Shown here one piece after another: positions 55,128 through 64,000 of a DNA stretch of 64,000 nt. The notes beneath the pieces were generated by a model that saw nothing but the letters and a program-made list of their open reading frames with translations, was not told where the DNA came from and ran no database searches. Source of the DNA: Nitrospira sp. (lineage in GTDB: Bacteria > Nitrospirota > Nitrospiria > Nitrospirales > Nitrospiraceae); assembly GCA_047150005.1 (NCBI GenBank), contig AP038806.1, positions 1,536,001 to 1,600,000 of the forward strand, given 5' to 3'. Position numbers and translations under genes: made by a program. The stretch's first letter is position 1. Each line of letters starts with the position of its first letter.

Positions 55128-57643
55128 TGCATGCACCGTCGTTCTGGAGCATGCCCTGCGCCGAACTTCTCGATGGCCTCCAGACCAGGCCGGAGGGTCT
55201 GCGGACCGAAGAGGCCCGCGAGCGTCTCATGCTGTACGCCTCTTCGAGACTGAAGCTCCATCGACGCGCCCAGTCGTTCCTGCTGCTGCTCTCGCAAGTC
55301 CGAAATCCTATCGTCCTGATCTTGCTGTTCGCCGCTGCCGTGTCCTTCTTCCTGTCGGACCGAACGGACGCCGTGATCATCCTCGGCATCATTCTGGTGA
55401 GCGCCCTATTGGGGTTTTGGCAGGAGTATGGGGCTGCCAAGGCGGTCGGCGCGCTGCTGGACTTGGTCCATGTGAAGGCTCGGGTCTGGCGTGATGGACA
55501 ACTCGCCGAAGTGCCGCTTGAGGAAGTCGTTCCCGGCGACCTGGTCGATCTCACAGCCGGCTCCAGCATCCCGGGAGACGCACGTGTGCTCGAATCGAAA
55601 GATCTTTTCGTGGATGAGGCCATGTTGACCGGCGAGAGCTATCCCGCCGAAAAAGCGCCCGGAGCGGTGTCCGACACCACGCCGCTGATCGGCCGCCCCG
55701 ACTGTCTCTTCATGGGAACCCACGTCGTGAGTGGGCATGCGACAGCCGTGATCGTTCGCATCGGTCGGGACACGGAGTTCGGCCGCCTCGCCCGCCATGT
55801 GATGCTTCGGCCGCCGGAAACCGAATTTGAACGGGGGGTGCGACAGTTTGGGTATCTGCTCCTCGAAGTCACGCTGCTGCTGGTATCGGCCATTTTTGTC
55901 GTCAACGTGTATCTCCGACGTCCCGTCCTGGATTCATTCCTGTTTTCAATGGCCCTCGCCGTGGGGCTGACGCCGCAGCTCCTGCCTGCCATCATCAGCG
56001 TGAACCTGTCGCACGGCGCCAAGCGCATGGCCCGGGAAAAGGTCATCGTCAAGCGGCTGGCCGCCATCGAGAACTTCGGCAGCATGAACGTGCTCTGCTC
56101 CGACAAAACCGGCACATTGACGGAAGGCACGATGCGGCTGCATGCGGCACTGGATGTGGAAGGACGTCCGAGCGAGCGGGTGCTGTTTCACGCGGCGCTC
56201 AACGCCGCCTATGAAACCGGTTTCGTCAATCCGCTGGATGAAGCGCTTCGAACGCAATGTGTCTGCGATCTTGCAGGACACCGGAAATTGGACGAGGTGC
56301 CGTACGACTTCATGCGCAAACGCCTGTCGATCCTGGCTGAGACCCCGGCCACTCACCTGCTGGTCACCAAGGGCGCGGTCGAACAGGTGCTGGCCGTCTG
56401 TACCGGGGCGGAGGTGGCCGATGAAACCAGGGCGCCGATCGCCGCGCATGCGGATCGCATTCGATCGCAGTCTCGAGCGCTGAACGAGAAAGGGTTGAGA
56501 ACGCTCGGACTCGCCTATCGGGACATGGGCCGAACGGAACGTATCGACAAAGACCAGGAAGTGGAGATGACGTTTCTGGGGCTGATTGTCTTCGACGATC
56601 GGGTCAAGGCGGAGATCGAAGACACCGTTCGGAGTCTGCGAAAGCTCGGTGTCGCGCTCAAAATCGTCACAGGCGACCACCATCTGGTCGCGGCTCATGT
56701 CAGCGGGGCGGTTGGGCTTGACCCCCGACGGATCCTGACAGGTCCGGCACTCCGTGAGATGACCGAGGAGGCGCTCCTGCAGCGGGTCAATGCCGTTGAG
56801 GTGTTTGCGGAAGTCGAGCCCAATCAAAAGGACCGCATCATCCGCGCCCTCAAACAGACCGGGAACGTCGTGGGCTACCTGGGCGACGGCATCAACGATG
56901 CGCCTGCGATTCATGCGGCGGACGTGGGGATCTCCGTGGACAGCGCCGTGGACGTCGCCAAGGACGCCGCGGACATCGTGCTGATGGAAAAGAATCTGGC
57001 CGTGCTGGTCCAGGGGGTCCGCGAAGGCCGGACGACGTTTGCCAACACCCTCAAATACGTCTTCATGGCGACCAGCGCAAATTTCGGCAATATGTTCAGC
57101 ATGGCCGGCGCCTCGCTGTTCCTGCCGTTCCTTCCCCTGCTGCCGAAGCAGATCTTGTTGACGAACCTTCTGACGGACATTCCCGAGATGACCATCGCCG
57201 CCGATCATGTCGATGAGGAACTGGTCGAGCAACCCAGACGCTGGGATATCGGATTCATCCGGAAGTTCATGCTGACGTTCGGATTCGTCAGTTCGGTCTT
57301 TGACTATCTGACGTTCGGCGGACTGCTGCTCATCTTGCAGTCTTCGACGGACCAATTCCGCACGGGCTGGTTCATCGAATCCGTGATTTCGGCTTCCGCG
57401 ATCGTGCTGGTGGTGCGGACCCGACGCCCATTCGTCGCCAGCCGGCCCAGCCCGGCCCTTGCCTGGGCGACCGCCGCTGTCGCGGTGGCGACGTTGGTGC
57501 TTCCGCTTCTGCCTCTCGCCGCCTCGCTCGGCCTCACTCCGATGCCTCCATCATTTCTTCTTCTCTTGGCGGCGATACTGGCTGCCTATGTCCTCGCGGT
57601 GGAATGTGTGAAACGGTGGTTTTATGCCACCACACGGGCCTGA
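55124..57643 (+). CDS. mgtA: Magnesium-translocating P-type ATPase-like
   Basis: LTGESYPAEK, AVGLTPQLLP, CSDKTGT, SANFGNMFS, FRTGWFIES. Confidence 0.88.
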   Translation: MMHAPSFWSMPCAELLDGLQTRPEGLRTEEARERLMLYASSRLKLHRRAQSFLLLLSQVRNPIVLILLFAAAVSFFLSDRTDAVIILGIILVSALLGFWQEYGAAKAVGALLDLVHVKARVWRDGQLAEVPLEEVVPGDLVDLTAGSSIPGDARVLESKDLFVDEAMLTGESYPAEKAPGAVSDTTPLIGRPDCLFMGTHVVSGHATAVIVRIGRDTEFGRLARHVMLRPPETEFERGVRQFGYLLLEVTLLLVSAIFVVNVYLRRPVLDSFLFSMALAVGLTPQLLPAIISVNLSHGAKRMAREKVIVKRLAAIENFGSMNVLCSDKTGTLTEGTMRLHAALDVEGRPSERVLFHAALNAAYETGFVNPLDEALRTQCVCDLAGHRKLDEVPYDFMRKRLSILAETPATHLLVTKGAVEQVLAVCTGAEVADETRAPIAAHADRIRSQSRALNEKGLRTLGLAYRDMGRTERIDKDQEVEMTFLGLIVFDDRVKAEIEDTVRSLRKLGVALKIVTGDHHLVAAHVSGAVGLDPRRILTGPALREMTEEALLQRVNAVEVFAEVEPNQKDRIIRALKQTGNVVGYLGDGINDAPAIHAADVGISVDSAVDVAKDAADIVLMEKNLAVLVQGVREGRTTFANTLKYVFMATSANFGNMFSMAGASLFLPFLPLLPKQILLTNLLTDIPEMTIAADHVDEELVEQPRRWDIGFIRKFMLTFGFVSSVFDYLTFGGLLLILQSSTDQFRTGWFIESVISASAIVLVVRTRRPFVASRPSPALAWATAAVAVATLVLPLLPLAASLGLTPMPPSFLLLLAAILAAYVLAVECVKRWFYATTRA

Positions 57644-57726
57644 ACCTCGTTCAGGTCCGCGCTCCCCGCAGCCCGCGATCGACTCCTCCTCGGCCGACTC
57701 CCCGTTGAATCAGGACCCGCGCGTCC

Positions 57727-58482
57727 TCACGGACATCCATACGCGCATTCTCCGCCGTGCAGCGCCAGGGTCGTCGTCGAGTTCATGCGGGTGGATTCGT
57801 CGCCGTACCCCGGGTGGGGAACGACATTCCGAAGGGGATTCGAAAGATCAACCGGCTGGCGTCTCGACTGAGTGACGGGGGCGGGCGGGAATACGTTCAT
57901 GCCTGTGGTGTGGCTTATACTGTGCTGATCCTTCGGTCCAATGATGACGGACGGTCTCTCGCCTGTCTGGGCCTCGAGCTCGATCGGCGTCGTCCATGTC
58001 CTGAGAGTATGTCTCTTTCCGCTGTGAGGGGGAACGCTGATCTTGACGGTTGGGATGCGGGACTTCGTCTTCATCGTTCGGCTGCCTGTTGTCGACGCGC
58101 GATTCACCGTGGTGCTGGTTTGAGAGCCCTGTCCCACAGCGGCATCGAGCGGAGCGATCGTCTGATTCCGCGTGTCCGTATGGGCCAGGACAGTTGAGAG
58201 AGTCGGCATCGGCACACATGCTCGAGATGCTGGGAAATCTTTACGGCCATCCCGGGGTGAAATGACGGACGAAAGACTCCGCTGAGAGAGGCTGCTCCAC
58301 GTCGGAAATTCAAGAATCGGCCTTGACCCGGTGAACTCTGCGGCAAGACAGTCGGACGCAACCGCCACGTTTTGTCCGTCTGTGGTTGTCAAAAAGTCCA
58401 ACGTCGCCAGCATAAGGGCCATCAAGAGCGACAGAGAGCGGTCGTGCTCCCGTTCTACCTGCAGCGGAGAAAGAGGCGTCAT
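57727..58482 (-). CDS. Hypothetical protein (3' extent uncertain)
   Basis: Strong RBS AAAGGAGG 5 nt before ATG; no recognisable domain. Confidence 0.35.
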   Translation of the reverse strand: MTPLSPLQVEREHDRSLSLLMALMLATLDFLTTTDGQNVAVASDCLAAEFTGSRPILEFPTWSSLSQRSLSSVISPRDGRKDFPASRACVPMPTLSTVLAHTDTRNQTIAPLDAAVGQGSQTSTTVNRASTTGSRTMKTKSRIPTVKISVPPHSGKRHTLRTWTTPIELEAQTGERPSVIIGPKDQHSISHTTGMNVFPPAPVTQSRRQPVDLSNPLRNVVPHPGYGDESTRMNSTTTLALHGGECAYGCP

Positions 58483-58588
58483 GGAGTCCTCCTTTCCTGA
58501 CTTACCCTATGGGGCAGTAGACACGAAATCGTCATGGCGGTCCTTCGGACAACGGCCAAATCCGACACCGGATACGGAGCGATCCGGC

Positions 58589-58606
58589 CGTAGGACATCT
58601 CCTACA
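58589..58606. promoter_or_regulatory. Palindromic operator CGTAGG-N6-CCTACA
   Basis: Same geometry as the site at 22079; near the NarL-type regulator gene. Confidence 0.5.
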
Positions 58607-58759
58607 CAGAGTGGGGTAAGGCAGAATTGCTGCGGTGAGTCAGGGCGGGAGGACAGACTTCGCGGGCGAGCCGGAGCCGCGTCGCTCACGCGCCTCGACG
58701 ATGCACGTGGCGCGTGAGCGGGCCTGTGGGGACGGGCGGAGCCCCTCGCTCTCGAGAGC

Positions 58760-59065
58760 CTAGGCGGGGATGTCGGTCCGGCATGCGTCCGCTTCCGAGA
58801 CCAGGCGGGCGGCCGGTTCTTTCTGGCCCTGCGGCCTGCTGAGGCGGCCTCCGCGGCCTCCATGGGGCAGGAGCCGCACGTGGTAGCGCAGCCCGAACCG
58901 GGAAAGCACGATGACGTTCATTCGACTGAGCCGGTCGACGGCCAGAAACAATTGCGCCCAGCTGAAATCAGGCCGGCCGATGATCAGGTCCTCCATCTCG
59001 AGGACCTCGTACCGGCGAAGCATGTTGAGAACCGCTTCTTCCGCTTCCATGACTTCTGTGCTCAT
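58760..59065 (-). CDS. Small hypothetical protein (possible winged-helix fold)
   Basis: AAAGGAG RBS; FSWAQLFLAVDRLSR..IVL. Confidence 0.7.
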   Translation of the reverse strand: MSTEVMEAEEAVLNMLRRYEVLEMEDLIIGRPDFSWAQLFLAVDRLSRMNVIVLSRFGLRYHVRLLPHGGRGGRLSRPQGQKEPAARLVSEADACRTDIPA

Positions 59066-59322
59066 AACCAGGTCTCCTTTCTCAGGGCGCCGAGTGTGGC
59101 TCATTCTCGTTGATCCGGTTCCTCCTGCCGCACATGTACGGTATAGTCCGCGGCCTCGGCGGAACGAATCGGAACAGATCGTGAATCCATGTAGGAATTC
59201 GCCTCGAAGGCATGTCGGACAGGTGTCATCGGCCGTTGGGGCCGGTTGGTCGCATCCTACGGGACGGCAGGTCGACTGAGCGGAGGAGAGCGGAGGTCCC
59301 ATGCAGGATCCCGCGGCAAGGG

Positions 59323-59961
59323 TTAGGTCAGAAGATGGTGTTCGACGGCATAGCGCGCCAAGTCTGCATTGTTGTTCAGATGAAGCTTTTCCAGAACCCG
59401 GGATCGATACGTGCTGATGGTTTTGACGCTGAGGGCCAGCTGTTCGGAGATCTCGGTGATGGTTTGTCCTGCCGCAATCATCCTGAACACTTCGTATTCT
59501 CGATCGGATAGCGCATCATGGAGCGGCTGTTCCGTATCGCCATGTCGATCCACGTAAGCGGCGAGCAGTTCGGCGGCTTTCGGAGTGATGTACTTCCCTC
59601 CCTTCCAGAGGGTCCTGACTGCGCGGACGAACTCCTGCGGCACGCTTTCCTTTGTCAGGTATCCGGCCCCTCCGGCTCGGAGTACTCGCACGGCAAATTG
59701 ATCTTCCGGATGCATGCTCAGCACCAAAATTGGAAGGTTCGGACAAAGCCGTTTCAGCTCATGTAACGCCTCCAGACCTCCTCGTCCGGGCATCGTGAGA
59801 TCCAGCACGACGACGTCCCATCGCAGTTTCTGAGCCTGTTCGAGCAGCTCCGGTACATTCGCCACTTCGCCGATCACGGCGCCGGGGAACTCATCCCTGA
59901 GGATTTGGATGAGGCCGCGACGGAGATACGGATGGTCGTCTGCGAGGAGAATGTTAATCAT
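59323..59961 (-). CDS. NarL/FixJ (UvrY-like) response regulator
   Basis: ILLADDH, VLDLTMP, GYLTK; LuxR HTH LSDREYEV..LSVKTISTYR. Confidence 0.95.
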   Translation of the reverse strand: MINILLADDHPYLRRGLIQILRDEFPGAVIGEVANVPELLEQAQKLRWDVVVLDLTMPGRGGLEALHELKRLCPNLPILVLSMHPEDQFAVRVLRAGGAGYLTKESVPQEFVRAVRTLWKGGKYITPKAAELLAAYVDRHGDTEQPLHDALSDREYEVFRMIAAGQTITEISEQLALSVKTISTYRSRVLEKLHLNNNADLARYAVEHHLLT

Positions 59962-62068
59962 CGCCGCTCCGGTGCACCGGTATCCGGACCGTGACCGTCG
60001 TGCCGGCTCCCGGTTTTCCGAGGATCGTCAGCTTTCCGCCCTGCTGCTGGGCTCGAAGCTGCATCCCCAACATGCCGAATGCATGAGGCCCGGTCAGCGC
60101 TCCTTCCGGAATGCCTCGGCCGTCGTCCGTCACCTGCAACGACACATGGTCGTCGGACTCTTCCAGCCTGATGCGCACGGTGGTGGCCTGCGCGTGCCGC
60201 GCCACGTTCGTCAAGACCTCCTGGAAGATGCGGAACAAGGCGGTGGATTGTTCGGCGCTCAGCAGAATGCGGTGCGGCCGTATCAGTGTGTCGCACGCAA
60301 TGCCGGTCCGCTCCTGAAACGTTCGGGCCTGCCACTCGACCGCAGCGGCCAAACCGAGTTGGTCCAACACGCCGGGCCGCAGTTCCGTCGCGATCTCGCG
60401 CACGGATTGAAGTGTTGAATCAATGAGGCCGAGGGCTGAATTCACGCGGGCGTGCAGGGACTCGAACCGGGCCTGGGTCGTCGCATCGCCCAGACGCTTT
60501 CCAATCCAACAGAGATCCATTTTGAGCACCGTCAACGCCTGGCCGAGCACATCGTGCACTTCCAGCGCGATCCGGGTTCGTTCTTCTTCCCGAACCGACT
60601 GGAGCCGCACCGCGAGCGCTTCGAGTTGGTTTCGGGAGTCGACGAGCGCCTCTTCCGCCCGCTTCCTCTCGGTGATGTCCATGGAATAACCGATGATGCC
60701 GATCGGGGCACCCGAGCCGTCTTTCTGTAATGTGAGCGACAGCTGGGCGAATCGTATGCGCCCGTCCTTCGTCAGCCGCCGAACTTCGACGTGATGAGTC
60801 CCCTTGGCCTTGACGGGGGCGAGGACTTCGCGATCGAGATATGCCCGATCTTCCGCCGGATACACAAAAGAGATGTGCCGCCCGATGGCCTCGTCCACGG
60901 AATATCCCAAGAGCTTTTCGGCGCCGTGATTCCAACTCATCACATAGCCGTTCAGGTCGATGATGATGACCGTTTCCTCAACCTGGTTGATAATGTCGGC
61001 TTGCCTCCGAATCAGTTCTTCCGCCTTCTGTTGCATGGTGATGTCGGTCCACAGGCCGACGATCTCCTGGAGGGCGCCGTCCTTGCGCCGAATCAGGACC
61101 GCTTCGTCTCGGAACCAGCGGTATTCCCCGTCGCGCGTTCGCCAGCGATACTCCATGGACAGCGTGTTGTCCTGGGGCAGCGTGGCAAACTTCCCCAGGG
61201 CGCCTTCCTTGTCGAGCGGATGAAGTCGTGTGGCCCAGAGGGAGGAGTCGTTCAGGAAGTCTCGAGCGGAGAATCCCGCCAACTCCTCGATATTCTCGCT
61301 CACCCACAGGGCGCCGAAATCTCCCGACGATTTAGCGGAGTACATGGCAACGGGCAAGGAACGAAGGATCAAATCCTGGTAGGCCTGCTTCACACGGACG
61401 GCGTCCTCGGCACGCCTCCGCTTGGCCAGGTCGCAAAAGATCAATGCGCCGCCCCCGCCCGCAAGCAGCAACGTCAACAGGGATCCGCCGATGACCAGCG
61501 CCATGGTGAATGATGCCGCCCGGTCCGCCTGCTTCGACCAGGCGGTCAGGTTCATCTCTTCCTGCTTCCCCAGGGTTTCCAGCGTCCGGACGATCCTATC
61601 GAAGGTGTCTTCGGTCTTTCCGGCTTGGAGCCGCGTCTCCCGCGCATACGTCACCCCGGACTCCTGTGACCCGATCGATCCGTCGGATTGCGCGAATTGC
61701 GGCCTGTCCGCATCGATCAGACGACGCAAGGCACTGACCTGTTCTCGCTGACCCGGATCGTCCTGAGTCAAACGGGCCAGACTCTCCGCCATTGCGCGCA
61801 GGTCCCGGCCAGCCTCACGAACGGGTCCGCCGTCTGTGGCGCGGCCGGCAACAAGATCGACCTTGTCCGGGGCGGCCTCGTAGGCGACGAGGAGCTTCAG
61901 GTGTTCGATGGCTTGCCGCACCTGATGGGCATGCGTGACCCTCGCTTCACGATCGACGAGCGCAGTGGCGCTCCGATAGGACACGATACTCAATCCGATC
62001 AACAGAATCAGGGCGCCTCCGAGACCTGTCGCGATTTTCTTCTCCAGCGTCACAGACATGTTCGACAT
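59954..62068 (-). CDS. Membrane sensor histidine kinase (CHASE3-like, 2 PAS, HisKA_3)
   Basis: Two TM helices; PAS/PAC; EERTRIALEVHDVLGQ, FQEVLTNVARHA, DDGRG. Confidence 0.94.
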   Translation of the reverse strand: MSNMSVTLEKKIATGLGGALILLIGLSIVSYRSATALVDREARVTHAHQVRQAIEHLKLLVAYEAAPDKVDLVAGRATDGGPVREAGRDLRAMAESLARLTQDDPGQREQVSALRRLIDADRPQFAQSDGSIGSQESGVTYARETRLQAGKTEDTFDRIVRTLETLGKQEEMNLTAWSKQADRAASFTMALVIGGSLLTLLLAGGGGALIFCDLAKRRRAEDAVRVKQAYQDLILRSLPVAMYSAKSSGDFGALWVSENIEELAGFSARDFLNDSSLWATRLHPLDKEGALGKFATLPQDNTLSMEYRWRTRDGEYRWFRDEAVLIRRKDGALQEIVGLWTDITMQQKAEELIRRQADIINQVEETVIIIDLNGYVMSWNHGAEKLLGYSVDEAIGRHISFVYPAEDRAYLDREVLAPVKAKGTHHVEVRRLTKDGRIRFAQLSLTLQKDGSGAPIGIIGYSMDITERKRAEEALVDSRNQLEALAVRLQSVREEERTRIALEVHDVLGQALTVLKMDLCWIGKRLGDATTQARFESLHARVNSALGLIDSTLQSVREIATELRPGVLDQLGLAAAVEWQARTFQERTGIACDTLIRPHRILLSAEQSTALFRIFQEVLTNVARHAQATTVRIRLEESDDHVSLQVTDDGRGIPEGALTGPHAFGMLGMQLRAQQQGGKLTILGKPGAGTTVTVRIPVHRSGDD

Positions 62069-62219
62069 ACCTCGTGAGATTCAAGGTTCATGATGTCGCT
62101 TCCCCGGTCTGACCAGAGCCGGGCGCGGCGGAAGCACGTCACGACGGACGCCGGCCTCGAAGCTTGCCGACAGCCGGCGCCGCTCATGGCGCACCTATTG
62201 AAGCTCCAGGCCGGAGGAA

Positions 62220-62558
62220 TCAGCAGAGTGGAGGCGGGCGGGATGTGTGCGACGCGACAGCCGAGAATTGGGACCGAGGACCGTTCTTCGAGTCATCGCC
62301 GGAATATGAAGGATGGACAGCATTGACCGATTCGCTACCGATGATGAGGGAATCCTCCGGAGAGTCGTCTGAAGACACCGCTTCGTCGCCGGACACGGCC
62401 TTTTCCCCCTGGGAATCGACGACTTGGGCGAAGTGCGTGGGGGTCAGGTCTCCGTAGTAGGCCACGTCGACGAGGTAGGGCACCGAGAGGAGCAGGACGG
62501 CGAGCACAACGAACACCCTCTTGAAAAAGGGCTGTTGTCTTGGCCTTCGTGCTTTCAT
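62220..62558 (-). CDS. Hypothetical membrane-anchored protein
   Basis: MKARRPRQQPFFKR + hydrophobic helix; C-terminal SRPPP. Confidence 0.55.
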   Translation of the reverse strand: MKARRPRQQPFFKRVFVVLAVLLLSVPYLVDVAYYGDLTPTHFAQVVDSQGEKAVSGDEAVSSDDSPEDSLIIGSESVNAVHPSYSGDDSKNGPRSQFSAVASHTSRPPPLC

Positions 62559-62872
62559 ACGAGGCTGCCGTTGCGGTTTGCCCAAGATGGACTGCTTGGA
62601 ACGCAGCATGCCGAAAGGCACGTTCACGCTAGCACCGGATCCGTTTTCATGTCAACAGCATCGGGGCCCACCGGAAGTACATAGTTCGGAACCGCCTGAC
62701 ATCTGACGGTTTCCTCGTATTAGCTCATACCAAGGACGTTCCTTTTCTCCCCTCAAGCCTCGTGACCGATATCCTGAGATGACGACCGCGACCGGTCGGG
62801 TCGATCGTGAACTGGTCGAGCAGCCTGGAAGGACACGGGCCGGAGGAATTGACCTCGATGCGAGAGAGAGGC

Positions 62873-64000
62873 CTAACGAAACCCGAAGGAAGGGTGCCGC
62901 CGAGCGAGTTTGATCGCTTCCACCGCAGCCAGGGGGAGAAAGGCCATGGCCACCATCAATTTCCAGTCTTCGAACGGCAGCGGCGCAACCTTGAAGATGG
63001 GTTGCGCCGCCGGAACGGTGAGAATCGCCACCTGCACGCCCAAGGAGACAAGAAAGGCCCAGATAAGCGGACGGTTGGTAGCCACACCTATCTGGAACAG
63101 CGACCACCGATAGCTCCTGCAGTTGAACGTATGCACCAACTGGGCGCCGACCATGACGGCAAATGCGACGGTCCGCGCCTGCTCGATCGGTTGCCGCCAG
63201 ACGAACAGGCTGTAAGTAAAAGCGCCCAGGGCGACGATGGCCAGGAGCAACCCTTCGCCAGCGACGGCGGCCAGCCGGGTGCTGTCCAGCAAACGGGCTG
63301 CCGGCTTGCGGGGGGGCCGGCACATGAGATCAGGCGCCTTGGGGTCCACCGCCAAAGCTAGAGCCGGGAGGCCGTCCGTGACAAGGTTCATCCAGAGAAT
63401 CTGAATCGGCAGCAGCGGCAGCGGCAAGCCGAGCAGGGCCGCGAATAACATCACCAGGACCTCGCTCATGTTGCACGAGAGAAGGAAATGAACCGTTTTC
63501 CGGATGTTGTCGAAGACGCCTCGGCCCTCTTCCACGGCGGCGGTAATAGACGCGAAGTTATCGTCGATGACCACCATGTCGGCGGCATCCTTGGTCACGT
63601 CCGTGCCGGTGATCCCCATCGCGATGCCGATGTCGGCGGCCTTGATCGCCGGCGCGTCATTGACGCCGTCGCCCGTCATGGCGACGACCGCCCCTCGGCT
63701 CTTCCAGGCCTTGACGATGCGCAATTTGTGCTCCGCGGAGACGCGGGCGTACACCGACAGTCGCTCGACCCGCCCGGAGAGCTCTTCGTCGCTAAGCGCG
63801 TCCAGCTCGGGGCCGGACAGTACCCGATTCGGGGCGTCCGCCAGGCCCAATTCTCTCGCGATCGCCGACGCGGTCTCCTTATGGTCGCCGGTGATCATCA
63901 CCGTCGTAATGCCGGCCTCGCGGCACAACCGCACCGCCTCCGTCGCCTCCGGCCGCAAGGGATCTTTCATGGCAAAGAGACCGAGGAAGATGAGATCCCG
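62873..64000 (-). CDS. Ca2+-type (P2A) cation-transporting P-type ATPase, 5'-truncated by window edge
   Basis: MITGD, MTGDGVNDAPA, QILWMNLVTDGLPALAL. Confidence 0.94.
   Translation of the reverse strand, partial: RDLIFLGLFAMKDPLRPEATEAVRLCREAGITTVMITGDHKETASAIARELGLADAPNRVLSGPELDALSDEELSGRVERLSVYARVSAEHKLRIVKAWKSRGAVVAMTGDGVNDAPAIKAADIGIAMGITGTDVTKDAADMVVIDDNFASITAAVEEGRGVFDNIRKTVHFLLSCNMSEVLVMLFAALLGLPLPLLPIQILWMNLVTDGLPALALAVDPKAPDLMCRPPRKPAARLLDSTRLAAVAGEGLLLAIVALGAFTYSLFVWRQPIEQARTVAFAVMVGAQLVHTFNCRSYRWSLFQIGVATNRPLIWAFLVSLGVQVAILTVPAAQPIFKVAPLPFEDWKLMVAMAFLPLAAVEAIKLARRHPSFGFR

Noticed and set aside
21049..64000. Intact prophage or island integrated at tmRNA
   Set aside because: No integrase and no duplicated tmRNA 3' end noticed; housekeeping genes (suhB, lpxC) lie downstream.

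Overview
This is a GC-rich bacterial chromosomal window. Gene content suggests Nitrospira or a relative (inference only). In order it holds: the 3' part of an RND permease; a YciI/DGPF-VOC-beta-propeller-MoaD-SRPBCC-DoxX-DUF1579 cluster with ECF42-like promoters; a sigma54-preceded RND tripartite efflux operon; detox/repair genes; an AbrB/RelE-like toxin-antitoxin pair with a frameshifted toxin; tmRNA (tag ANQELALAA); an FGE-domain protein, PPK2, two DUF4412 genes, an APC permease and an orphan ParB-like gene; a CBS-phhB-B12 radical SAM (CX7CX2C) operon; suhB and lpxC; an NAD-linked formate dehydrogenase (fdsGBA) with a formate/nitrite channel among USP/CBS/cupredoxin/HPF/cytochrome c stress genes; three P-type ATPases; and a NarL-type two-component system. 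The most notable unannotated signals are non-coding or very small. They are (1) a ~335-nt closed, multi-branched, possibly pseudoknotted RNA at 26091-26425 with its own promoter, (2) three ~76-bp hairpin units with compensatory stem changes just after tmRNA, (3) a near-consensus promoter, long leader and 12-aa Lys-rich micro-ORF at 33692-34194, and (4) further micro-ORFs, including a membrane peptide ending in CxxxCH. No CRISPR-Cas, integrase, transposase or reverse transcriptase was recognised. All family calls come from motif recognition by eye, not database searches.
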